Source: an uncultured delta proteobacterium (GTDB lineage: Bacteria; Myxococcota; B64-G9). From it: a DNA stretch of 64,000 bases. A program made the position numbers and the translations under genes. Under the pieces are notes generated by a model that did not search any database, was not told where the DNA came from, and saw only the letters and a program-made list of their open reading frames with translations. Shown here piece after piece: positions 29,991-38,648 of the stretch (the stretch's first letter is position 1; the number at the start of each line of letters is the position of its first letter). The stretch is from the NCBI GenBank assembly GCA_963754925.1, contig CAVWHX010000003.1:672001-736000 (forward strand), given 5' to 3'.

Positions 29991-30956
29991 TCAGGCCGAT
30001 TGGGACCTAGAACGGTACTTCTTAAGCCATGAGATTACGTCTTGTGTTACCTCTTCGCGGTTTAGCTCATTGAGCATCTCATGTCGGCCATCGGGGTAGA
30101 ACTTGTAGGAAACATCTTTTATGCCAGCTTTTACAAGGTCTTTGTATGTTTGGAGAACTCCCTTGGTTTTCCCGCTCCAGGGGGTTTTTGCGCCCACGGG
30201 GTCGAGGGCTCCGGAGAACAAATAGATGGGCAGATTTTTGGGAATATTCCGGACGTTTTCTAACCTGTTGATGAAAAAGAGGCCCTCGATAACATCATAA
30301 TAAAAACCGGCGGATCCAATATTGCCGCAGAAGGGATCATTGATATATTTATCGACCTCAGTGGCGTCCCGGGAAAGCCAGTCGAATTGCGTTCGAGAAG
30401 GCTTGATACCTTTGTTGTACCTCCCAAACATGAGTTTGTTCATGGTCGGGCTTTTGGCGCTCCATCCCTTCTTCTTGGCCTCTCGCTTCGCAACAAGCAG
30501 GCCGATCTTTCCGCCGATGCCGGGATCGCCGCCGGTTCCCGACAGAACCAGGCCTGAGATTTCGTTGCCATACAGCATCGCATAGTGGCGCGCGAAAAAC
30601 GAACCCATACTGTGCCCGAAAAGGAACACGGGAACCCGAGGATTTTCCTTCTTGATGATTCCGGTCAGCGTGTGCAGGTCATCCACCACTTTTTCCCAGC
30701 CCTTCTCATCGGCGAAGTGCCCGACGTGATCTACTGACCCCGCTGTTTTCCCGTGACCGCGGAGATCATTGGCATAAACCGCATAGCCGGCTTCAACGAG
30801 CGCCTGAGCAAATCGTTCGTAGCGCGCCGCGTGCTCTACCATACCGTGAGTTATCTGAATGGCGGCTTTAATATCAGAGGGTGAATCCGGCAGCCATCGA
30901 TACGTGAAGATCTGGGTTCCGTCAGGTACCTTAAAGGTAAAGGCTTCACTTTTCAT
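29991..30956 (-). CDS. Alpha/beta hydrolase (lysophospholipase-like), copy 1
   Basis: HGMVEH, DLRGHG, GHSMG, LDPVG, GRHEMLNE; ATG 30956 with SD GGAGG. Confidence 0.9.
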   Translation of the reverse strand: MKSEAFTFKVPDGTQIFTYRWLPDSPSDIKAAIQITHGMVEHAARYERFAQALVEAGYAVYANDLRGHGKTAGSVDHVGHFADEKGWEKVVDDLHTLTGIIKKENPRVPVFLFGHSMGSFFARHYAMLYGNEISGLVLSGTGGDPGIGGKIGLLVAKREAKKKGWSAKSPTMNKLMFGRYNKGIKPSRTQFDWLSRDATEVDKYINDPFCGNIGSAGFYYDVIEGLFFINRLENVRNIPKNLPIYLFSGALDPVGAKTPWSGKTKGVLQTYKDLVKAGIKDVSYKFYPDGRHEMLNELNREEVTQDVISWLKKYRSRSQSA

Positions 30957-31048
30957 TGTCGCGTTCCTCCATGTAACTGTTGGTAACGATTCCACAGTAA
31001 CAGGGTGCGGACACATGAGTTGTGATTCTGGGAATATCCATTATCGTG

Positions 31049-31648
31049 TCAAACCAAATCCCATGATGCCATAATGATGGCACTTCGTGTTTCTGTTGAT
31101 ATCCGCTCTATTACGGCCCGCCCGTTAACCCCATAAAAAGAGAAAAGAGCCTGTATGAATGCCGCAATGGTGACGATTAGAATTCGACTGTTGACCATAA
31201 CCAGCGGCAGACCGTTCAATGAAACCTGGGCAGCATCAAGGCCATCCTCGACGACCGAAAGTTCGCCACAGTTGCGGTAAATACTTTTCCACAAGTGCGG
31301 TGAAACCCTGATGAAGGTACCGGGCCCAATTTTGAAAACGCTCAACGCGGCTTTAATGAACGGGCTTATCATCGACGAGTTAATCGAGTAACTGAGGGCC
31401 TTCAAACCCCAGTCATAGAGTCCTTCCTCGCCAATCTCAGCAGCCACGCTCTCACTGAGCTCTATGTTGTATTCCACGGGCAGCCATTGATCTTCCTTAG
31501 CCTGTTGAATGTCCTTTAAGGCCGCCTTAGAAAATCGTTCAAGAACCCGTTTCCTTACCGCGGCATCGAAGGATTCAAGCGCCTTGATCTTACTGAGAAG
31601 CTGGCGGCAGCGAATCTCGGGTCGTTTCTCAAGAACACTCAACATCAA
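31049..31648 (-). CDS. Hypothetical protein, possibly DUF2378/V4R-like ligand-binding family
   Basis: 199 aa ORF with SD; W.PV and LW..IY...G.L patterns recall myxobacterial DUF2378-type proteins (weak). Confidence 0.55.
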   Translation of the reverse strand: MMLSVLEKRPEIRCRQLLSKIKALESFDAAVRKRVLERFSKAALKDIQQAKEDQWLPVEYNIELSESVAAEIGEEGLYDWGLKALSYSINSSMISPFIKAALSVFKIGPGTFIRVSPHLWKSIYRNCGELSVVEDGLDAAQVSLNGLPLVMVNSRILIVTIAAFIQALFSFYGVNGRAVIERISTETRSAIIMASWDLV

Positions 31649-31794
31649 CTCCTCTTGCGAATCGGACTAACCAGTTGATTTGCGGGGCGAACAAGAATAA
31701 ACCGCCGCTTTCTATTCAGGCATCAAAAAAAATCATCTATCAAATAGAACCTATCCGTTCAACCCCTGCGTTGTCAATAACCAACAAAGAAATA

Positions 31795-31841
31795 GTCAAA
31801 AGCATGACCCGGTTGAGGTGCCCTTCTGTCAAAGCATTGAC
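31795..31841 (+). promoter_or_regulatory. Paired palindromic enhancer boxes (FleQ-box-like)
   Basis: GTCAAAAGCATGAC (31795-31808) and GTCAAAGCATTGAC (31828-31841), 33 bp apart and 100-150 bp upstream of a sigma54 promoter. Confidence 0.6.
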
Positions 31842-31940
31842 TAGTGACCAGTAAATCGGGGTTGCGGGCGTGACTAGATAAAACAAAATATCTTTTTAAA
31901 ACAATCAACTAACATCAATTTTCGAACATTCTCGTCTTCC

Positions 31941-31956
31941 TGGCATGTGCTTTGCA
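31941..31956 (+). promoter_or_regulatory. sigma54 (-24/-12) promoter for flhG-fliA
   Basis: TGGCAT-GTGCT-TTGCA, about 25 nt before ATG 31981. Confidence 0.8.
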
Positions 31957-31980
31957 AAAACCAAATGAGAGGAGGATGTA

Positions 31981-32928
31981 ATGTACCGAGCGCACGGACC
32001 GAATGTTTCCCCATGGGAAGGCACACCCGTTTCTCTCCCACCACATAACGCTGCCTGTTCGACCCAGGACGTGAAATTTTCCGGCGGACAGACGGACAAC
32101 GACCTGCGGGTGATGGCGATAGTGAGCGGAAAAGGCGGCGTGGGGAAAACCAACGTGGCCGCCAACTTGTCAATCTTGATGGCCCGTCGCGGGCGACGCG
32201 TATTGCTTATCGACGCCGACCTGGGGTCGGGCAACATCGACATCGTTCTGGGCCTGACCACCCGTTTTTCCCTCTACGACGTCGTATTCGGGCATATCGA
32301 CCTGACGGATATCCTCGTTGAGGGGCCGGGCGGCGTGTGGGTTCTCCCCGCCGGCTCTGGCGTATACGAGATGACCTGCCTCAACGATCAACAGCGTTAC
32401 GCCATCTTGGATCAGATAGACACCTTGGAAGATCGCTTTGATACCGTGGTAATCGACAACTCGGCCGGCATCACCCCAGACGTACAATTTTTTGCCGGCG
32501 CCGCGCACGAGGTGATTGTGGTAACCGACCGCGAACCCACCGCAATTACCGATGCCTACACCACGATCCAGATCCTCTGCCAGCGCCGCTACAACCGCAG
32601 CTTTCACCTGTTGGTCAACAGCGTCGAAACCGAGGAGGAGGGTCGAACGGTATACCGCCGCCTCACGACGGTCACTAACCGTTTTCTGGATGTTTCAATC
32701 GGTCTTCTCGGCAGCGTGCCGCGCGATGAGAATCTCAATCGCGCCGTCATGGCCCGCCAGGCCCTCGTGGACCTGTTCCCCAATTCACCAGCCAGCCTCA
32801 GCCTGGACCACTTGGCCACGAAGCTTCTGAGCACGCCGCCGCCGAAGGGCGAGGACGGCGGCATGAAGATGTTCTGGGAGCGGCTCCTACGCCAAAACGC
32901 TGCGGCCACCGCGGGAGAAACGCCATGA
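31981..32928 (+). CDS. flhG: FlhG/FleN MinD-like ATPase
   Basis: SGKGGVGKTN, DADLG..NID.VLG, LPAGSG, EPTAITDAY; directly upstream of fliA. Confidence 0.88.
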   Translation: MYRAHGPNVSPWEGTPVSLPPHNAACSTQDVKFSGGQTDNDLRVMAIVSGKGGVGKTNVAANLSILMARRGRRVLLIDADLGSGNIDIVLGLTTRFSLYDVVFGHIDLTDILVEGPGGVWVLPAGSGVYEMTCLNDQQRYAILDQIDTLEDRFDTVVIDNSAGITPDVQFFAGAAHEVIVVTDREPTAITDAYTTIQILCQRRYNRSFHLLVNSVETEEEGRTVYRRLTTVTNRFLDVSIGLLGSVPRDENLNRAVMARQALVDLFPNSPASLSLDHLATKLLSTPPPKGEDGGMKMFWERLLRQNAAATAGETP

Positions 32929-33659
32929 ACGCTGCGCTAAAACACTATCACCAGGAACAACACCAGGCGGCGACCGTCGATCGCGAAACGATAGTGCAAT
33001 CCTACTTGCCGCTGGTGCGGCGGGTGGCTCACCGTATTGCCCGCAACCTGCCGGCCTCGGTGGATGTCAACGATCTGGTGTCTGCCGGTTGCATCGGACT
33101 GCTTTCGGCGGCTGAGCGTTTCGACCCCGAGCGCGGGCTTAACTTTGGCACCTTCGCCGAGTTTCGCATCAAGGGCGCCATTCTTGACGAGCTGCGGGCG
33201 CGCGATCCGGTGCCGCGTCGCAGGCGGCATCAAATTCATCAAATGGACAAGGCCCGCCACGAGCTTACCGGCAGCTTGGGACACCCACCAGACGACGAAG
33301 AGATGGCCGAACAGCTGGGTATGCCATTGGAAGATTATAACATGTTAGCCGGCAGCCTTACCCCGTGTTTGGAGTTGCCGTTAAGCCTGTTCGACCAGGA
33401 AGCTTATGAGGTCCAAGCGGTTGACCGCGACGGGCGCGCCTGCCCCGACGCAGCGTTGCAACGAAAGGAGCTACGCCGACGCCTGGTAACCAGCATTCGT
33501 TGCCTGCCCGAGCGTCTCAGAACGGTCATTTCGCTCTATTACTATGCGCGGATGAGCTACAAGGAGATCGCGCTCTTGTTTGAGGTTACCGAGTCGCGCA
33601 TTTGCCAGATGCATAACGAGGCGGTAGAAGAAATCCGCGCCTTCTTCAAGACCGACTAG
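32925..33659 (+). CDS. fliA: FliA/WhiG sigma-28 factor
   Basis: YLPLVRRVA, DLVSAG.IGL, RFDPERG, RIKGAILDELR..D, VTESRICQMH. Confidence 0.92.
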   Translation: MNAALKHYHQEQHQAATVDRETIVQSYLPLVRRVAHRIARNLPASVDVNDLVSAGCIGLLSAAERFDPERGLNFGTFAEFRIKGAILDELRARDPVPRRRRHQIHQMDKARHELTGSLGHPPDDEEMAEQLGMPLEDYNMLAGSLTPCLELPLSLFDQEAYEVQAVDRDGRACPDAALQRKELRRRLVTSIRCLPERLRTVISLYYYARMSYKEIALLFEVTESRICQMHNEAVEEIRAFFKTD

Positions 33660-33693
33660 CTCTTAAAACCTATCTGCTTGAGGGGATACCACC

Positions 33694-35205
33694 GTGTTAG
33701 CCCAGACCGTACTCACCCAGCATATGCATGTTGCACCGAGGCCTGAGTTGCTGGTCGCCAACAATGGAAAGCCTACCCTGCGCATTAATGGCGTTTTCAT
33801 CCACAGCATCGACGACCCGGATAACGAGGCGCTCGACTGGGCGCACGGTCTCTTCGCCGAACGTGCATTACCGAAAGACGCTCTCTGGATCATTTTCGGC
33901 GTCGGTCTGGGGTATCACCTGCGGGCGCTACTCGATTGCGGCATAAGCGACATTCTGGCCTTCGAACCCGATAGACGGGTTGCGACGCTCTGGCGAACAA
34001 ACAACATCGCCCTTCCGACGGGAACCAATGTCGAAATTACCGACTCGATTGCCGCCCTCCGGGATAAATTTCAAACGCGCTACCCCAACGCCGCTTCTGT
34101 CCAAATGATGGCCATTCCGTCGTACGCTCGTTTGTATCCACAACGACTAACCGATGTTCACAACCACCTGGATGCGTACATGCAGGAATATCAAACCGGT
34201 TGTCTCGCCGACGGTTTCCGTTCTCAAAGCGTGTCCCTGGCGACCGTCGAAAACATACCAGCCATGCTTGCCTGTTCTTCGATCCAACAACTGCGCGATC
34301 TGACCGAGTACCCGCTGGCAGCGGTGATAGTTTCGCCGGGTTCATATTTAGATGCGACAATTCAGGAACTAACTCAGTGCCGTGAACGTTTCCTGGTACT
34401 GGCTCCCGCGCAAAACCTCAAACCATTGATGGCGGCGGGCATCCGCCCTGACCTCACCCTCGTGACTGACGCAACTCGATTAGATACCTATTTCCAAAGT
34501 TATCCTGGTGATTTCTTCCGCCACCTGGTTTTGCGCACTGATTGTCATCCATCCGCGGCAGCAGTTTGTGCCGAGCGAAAATTTTTTTACTACGCTCTGT
34601 CGAACCCGCTTGCCGCGAAAATCTATGCATTGCGCGGCGAGAATACCGTCGAGCTTTCGGGGCAATCGGCAGCACACGTTGCCTTCAACCTCGCGCTGGC
34701 GATGGGGGCAGATCCGATCCTATTGATAGGCCAAACGGAACCCCGCCGTTTTTGTGAAGTGGCTGCTCGGCTCAGCGGCCGGCCACACATTGATTTCGCT
34801 GCACTCATCAAGGATCTCCCGCAGCCGCACGCCACCGAACGTGAACGGGTCCTGGCAGGCCTGGCGCAGCTTCACTCCGGTCTGGAAGAGCTTACGCGCT
34901 GCGCCGCCGCTTGTTTGGACATAGCCGCCACGTGCCGCCGGGCCCTCGCGGCAGGGGATACCATTGCGCTTGCCGAGCTCGATCAACAAGAACATACGCT
35001 CAACGACCTTCTGGCAAACCACCCGGAAATTAATTCGGTGATTCGGGAATCCCTTCAGGCCGCTCGGAAGCAGGGGGAACGGCAGTCGGATGATCTCATC
35101 TCGAGCCTCGAGCTCTCACAGATCCTTTACGAGATCATCCATAACGGGAGCAGGGTGCTCCAGCAAGCATTGGAGCACTATATCAAGAAGGGAGCGCAAC
35201 AATGA
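33694..35205 (+). CDS. Maf/DUF115-type motility-associated (flagellin glycosylation) protein, divergent
   Basis: IHS..DP..EA, FGVGLGYHL, GIRPDL, SAAHVAFNLALAMGADPILLIGQ; co-operonic with fliA. Confidence 0.72.
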   Translation: MLAQTVLTQHMHVAPRPELLVANNGKPTLRINGVFIHSIDDPDNEALDWAHGLFAERALPKDALWIIFGVGLGYHLRALLDCGISDILAFEPDRRVATLWRTNNIALPTGTNVEITDSIAALRDKFQTRYPNAASVQMMAIPSYARLYPQRLTDVHNHLDAYMQEYQTGCLADGFRSQSVSLATVENIPAMLACSSIQQLRDLTEYPLAAVIVSPGSYLDATIQELTQCRERFLVLAPAQNLKPLMAAGIRPDLTLVTDATRLDTYFQSYPGDFFRHLVLRTDCHPSAAAVCAERKFFYYALSNPLAAKIYALRGENTVELSGQSAAHVAFNLALAMGADPILLIGQTEPRRFCEVAARLSGRPHIDFAALIKDLPQPHATERERVLAGLAQLHSGLEELTRCAAACLDIAATCRRALAAGDTIALAELDQQEHTLNDLLANHPEINSVIRESLQAARKQGERQSDDLISSLELSQILYEIIHNGSRVLQQALEHYIKKGAQQ

Positions 35206-35759
35206 GCGTATCAGTACTTAACGGTGAGATCCTGAAGATGGAGGCACCGGCCTGCATTCTCACCGACGACATACTGGAGCGCCACGTGGCAGACCACATC
35301 CCGAATGGGCAAGCTATCAGCGACGTTCACGTGGACAGTCCGGTCCTGGCGATGGATTACCCATGCGATTCCACCAACATGCTGGTACGCGGGCTTTTGG
35401 CCTCCGCCGCGCAGATGGATCGAATCTGCTCAACCCTGCGCCATTCAACCGAACATCTGCGTGTGGGAAATGAATCCCACTTCCGACCGTTGTTCAGCTC
35501 AGCGATTGACGAATTGGCGATGTTTTTAAAGTTTTTGGCCTTCGGCCGATCGCAGGTGGGCGACAAAGGCAACGTCCTCGATCACTTCTACGCACAAATC
35601 AAAGAACAGGTCGAGCAGATGTTTCAGGCGTATCAGCGTCGCGACCTCGTGTTGTTAGCCGATATGATTGAGTTTGAGCTAACGCCGCTGTTCGAGGGCT
35701 GGCAAGGGGTGCGCAACGCCCTGCTCAAGTCGCTAGCCCCGCATGCATGTAATGCATAA
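35202..35759 (+). CDS. Maf-associated hypothetical protein
   Basis: ATGA overlap with maf; C-terminal DLVLLADMIEFEL motif seen in proteins encoded next to maf. Confidence 0.65.
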   Translation: MSVSVLNGEILKMEAPACILTDDILERHVADHIPNGQAISDVHVDSPVLAMDYPCDSTNMLVRGLLASAAQMDRICSTLRHSTEHLRVGNESHFRPLFSSAIDELAMFLKFLAFGRSQVGDKGNVLDHFYAQIKEQVEQMFQAYQRRDLVLLADMIEFELTPLFEGWQGVRNALLKSLAPHACNA

Positions 35760-35990
35760 ATGACGTTGCAAGGCGCTCGTGACCAGCAGCGCCGGTCGAG
35801 ATGGGGATCTTATTCATCGGAACACAAATCTTCAAAATTTTAACCTTCTTTAAAAAACTGTTTTAGTAATAAGAAGAAGCTCCTGCAGATCCGGTTCACG
35901 GACGGGCACGGCAGGGGATGGCTGTGCCCGGCCGAGGAACTTCGTTGTGTAGGAAGACCCCCAAAGTACATGCAAATTATAATATCCGCA

Positions 35991-36019
35991 TTGACATCAA
36001 AAAATACCTATCCTATGTT
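35991..36019 (+). promoter_or_regulatory. sigma70 promoter
   Basis: TTGACA-N17-TATGTT upstream of the SufC-like gene. Confidence 0.6.
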
Positions 36020-36058
36020 CACCGGCAAGTGAAAATATTAAAAGGTAGGGTTAACTGA

Positions 36059-36817
36059 ATGCTGGAATTAAAAAATTTATATTTTACGGTGCCAGATAGT
36101 AATGGCGGCAATGGCGGCAAACGAAACATTATCGCCGGTATCAATTTCACATTTGAGCAAGGCAAGTTTTACGCTATCACCGGACCCAATGGCAGCGGGA
36201 AAACAACTCTGGCCAAACTGATCATGGGTATCAATCCCATATCGCAAGGTCAAATCATCTTTGAAGGCAAAGATATTTCCAATCTTTCAATTACCGAACG
36301 GGCAAAAATAGGCATTGCCTATAGTTTTCAGCAGCCGGCTCGATTTAAAGGAATAACATTTCATGATCTCATTTCTATCGCAACAGGTCTTGAAGATGAG
36401 AAAGAACTTTTAAAAGTAGTTTCGCACGTAGGAATCTGCCCGCTCTCTTTTTTGGATAAAGCAGTTGACGCAAAGCTTTCCGGCGGTGAAATAAAAAAAA
36501 TAGAATTGGCGACGACCATTGCCCGCAATCCGAAACTAGCAATTTACGATGAACCGGATACCGGCATTGATTTATGGACAATCAACCCAATGGTAGGTCT
36601 GTTAAAAAAGGAACTTGCCCAACATCCCACGACAACTATTGTTATCAGTCATAATCGGGCTTTTCTTGAAGCCGCAGACGTCATTTTGATAATCGACAAG
36701 GGGCGATTTGTCTATTCCGGAAATTTACAAAATGCGATGCCGCTGCTTAGGGACTTGAGCGCTTGCACGTATCAGAATAATTGTAAAGGAGAAGAAGGTG
36801 CTGAATGCTTTAGATAA
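36059..36817 (+). CDS. SufC-like ABC ATPase (SmsC-type)
   Basis: GPNGSGKTT, FQQP.RFKG, LSGGEIKKIE, DEPDTGID. Confidence 0.85.
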   Translation: MLELKNLYFTVPDSNGGNGGKRNIIAGINFTFEQGKFYAITGPNGSGKTTLAKLIMGINPISQGQIIFEGKDISNLSITERAKIGIAYSFQQPARFKGITFHDLISIATGLEDEKELLKVVSHVGICPLSFLDKAVDAKLSGGEIKKIELATTIARNPKLAIYDEPDTGIDLWTINPMVGLLKKELAQHPTTTIVISHNRAFLEAADVILIIDKGRFVYSGNLQNAMPLLRDLSACTYQNNCKGEEGAECFR

Positions 36818-37718
36818 AGAATTATTAAAAACAGTTGCCGATCTCGATGCTCTGCCCAAAGGCGCCTACAACATCAGGAAGAATGGCAAACTGTTCGATC
36901 GTCAAAAGTCGACGAATATTGATATAGAAACAAACCCGGAGGGCAACGGCATTATTGTGACTATCAAACCGGGCACAAAAAATGAATCGGTCCACATTCC
37001 CGTTATTTTGAGTCAGGCCGGTCTCTATGATGTGGTCTATAATTCATTTATCATTGGAGAAGGTTCAGAGGTAACTATCATTGCCGGTTGCGGGATTCAT
37101 TGCGGCTCATCCGAAGCGGAAGGCCATGCGGGTATTCATGATTTTCAGGTCGGGAAAAAGGCAAAGATAGCATACGTGGAAAAGCACTTTGCCATGGGTG
37201 AGGGAAGCGGCCGCCGTACTCTCAATCCCACAACAAAGGTGTTCTTAGATGAAGGCGCAACCGCTGAAATGCAACTGACCCAAATACGTGGTGTTGATGA
37301 AGCTAAACGGCTCAACGAAGCGACTCTGGGACCTAACAGTCTTTTGCTGATTACGGAAAGAGTATTAACTGACAGTGATCAAAAAGCAGTATCCACCAAT
37401 AACATCGTTTTGCAGGGAGCCAATAGCCGGGCTAATATGGTTTCTCGTTCAGTGATAAAAGGGAATTCCAAACAAACCTTCTTTGCCACCCTAGAAGCGC
37501 TTAACAAGTGTTTTGGCCATATTGAATGTGATGCCATCATTATGGATAACGGCACTAATGAAACAACGCCTTCACTTAAAGCAAAACATCCCGATGCCGA
37601 ACTAACGCATGAAGCTTCCATTGGTAAAATCGCCAACGATCAGCTCACCAAGTTAATGAGTCTCGGAATGACCTACGATCAGGCCGTAAATAGAATTATT
37701 CAGGGATTTCTAAAATAA
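36798..37718 (+). CDS. SufB/D-like Fe-S scaffold (SmsB-type)
   Basis: SVHIPV, AGCGIH, GHIECDAI, A.LTHEASIGKIA..QL.KLMSLG. Confidence 0.85.
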   Translation: MLNALDKELLKTVADLDALPKGAYNIRKNGKLFDRQKSTNIDIETNPEGNGIIVTIKPGTKNESVHIPVILSQAGLYDVVYNSFIIGEGSEVTIIAGCGIHCGSSEAEGHAGIHDFQVGKKAKIAYVEKHFAMGEGSGRRTLNPTTKVFLDEGATAEMQLTQIRGVDEAKRLNEATLGPNSLLLITERVLTDSDQKAVSTNNIVLQGANSRANMVSRSVIKGNSKQTFFATLEALNKCFGHIECDAIIMDNGTNETTPSLKAKHPDAELTHEASIGKIANDQLTKLMSLGMTYDQAVNRIIQGFLK

Positions 37719-37827
37719 TTCTATTTGCCCCGATTAGTTTAAAGCTTCACCGTTACACATCAGTCGGAGGCTTTCTTTTTTCAAGAATAATGTTTTATTG
37801 GCCTGGAAAATATAATTAAACTGGTAT

Positions 37828-38553
37828 TTGAAAATGAACCTCTTAGCAATACTATTGGCTTTGTTAACATTTTTATCGACGCTCCTCGGCGGGTTCATCA
37901 CTTTAAAATTCAAAAAAAGTATTTCGATTATATTTGCTTTTGCGGCAGGGAGTATCGTAACCGTCGCGCTCATAGAAATACTGCCTGAAAGCTTGGAAAT
38001 TGCAATAAAATCCGGAATCCCAGTTAAGTATATCATGGTATCTGTTGTGGTATCGTTCCTATTTTTCATACTTCTGGAGAAATATTTCTCAGCCCATCCT
38101 ATCAAGGGGATAGCTTCTGAGGGGCATATCATGGGGCCCATTGGCGCAGGAAGCCTTATTCTGCTAAGCCTCCTGGATGGCCTCACCATGGGGATAGCGT
38201 TTCAGGTGCGCTTCTCTATTGGCATCGTGGTGGCCCTTTCAATAATAATCCATGATCTGCCGGACGGCGTCAATACCGTGGCCTTGATGCTCAAGAACAA
38301 ACAGTCAGAAAAAAAGGCATTGCTCTTTCTTGTTATGGATGGTCTCGCGCCTCTGCTTGGAGTTCTGCTCACTTCAATCATAAAATTCCCGCAAAATACC
38401 CTAGCAATATTGCTGGCGGTTTTTGCCGGCGAGTTCATTTTTGTAGGAGCTGCGAGTCTTCTCCCGGAGAGTCAAGAGCACAGTATCCTAAAAATTGCAG
38501 TAGCGGCAACGTTGGGCTTCCTCTTTATATTCCTTATTACGACATTCCTGTAG
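37828..38553 (+). CDS. ZIP family metal transporter
   Basis: Multiple TMs, FAAG, LDG and HDLPDG motifs. Confidence 0.8.
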   Translation: MKMNLLAILLALLTFLSTLLGGFITLKFKKSISIIFAFAAGSIVTVALIEILPESLEIAIKSGIPVKYIMVSVVVSFLFFILLEKYFSAHPIKGIASEGHIMGPIGAGSLILLSLLDGLTMGIAFQVRFSIGIVVALSIIIHDLPDGVNTVALMLKNKQSEKKALLFLVMDGLAPLLGVLLTSIIKFPQNTLAILLAVFAGEFIFVGAASLLPESQEHSILKIAVAATLGFLFIFLITTFL

Positions 38554-38648
38554 AGACGTGCAAAAAATGAGAGAATATAGTTAGGTAACCTGTGGGCCAC
38601 TTTTCTTTTCATTTCAGTGCATAGCTGCTGAGACAGTATCCTGCCCCC

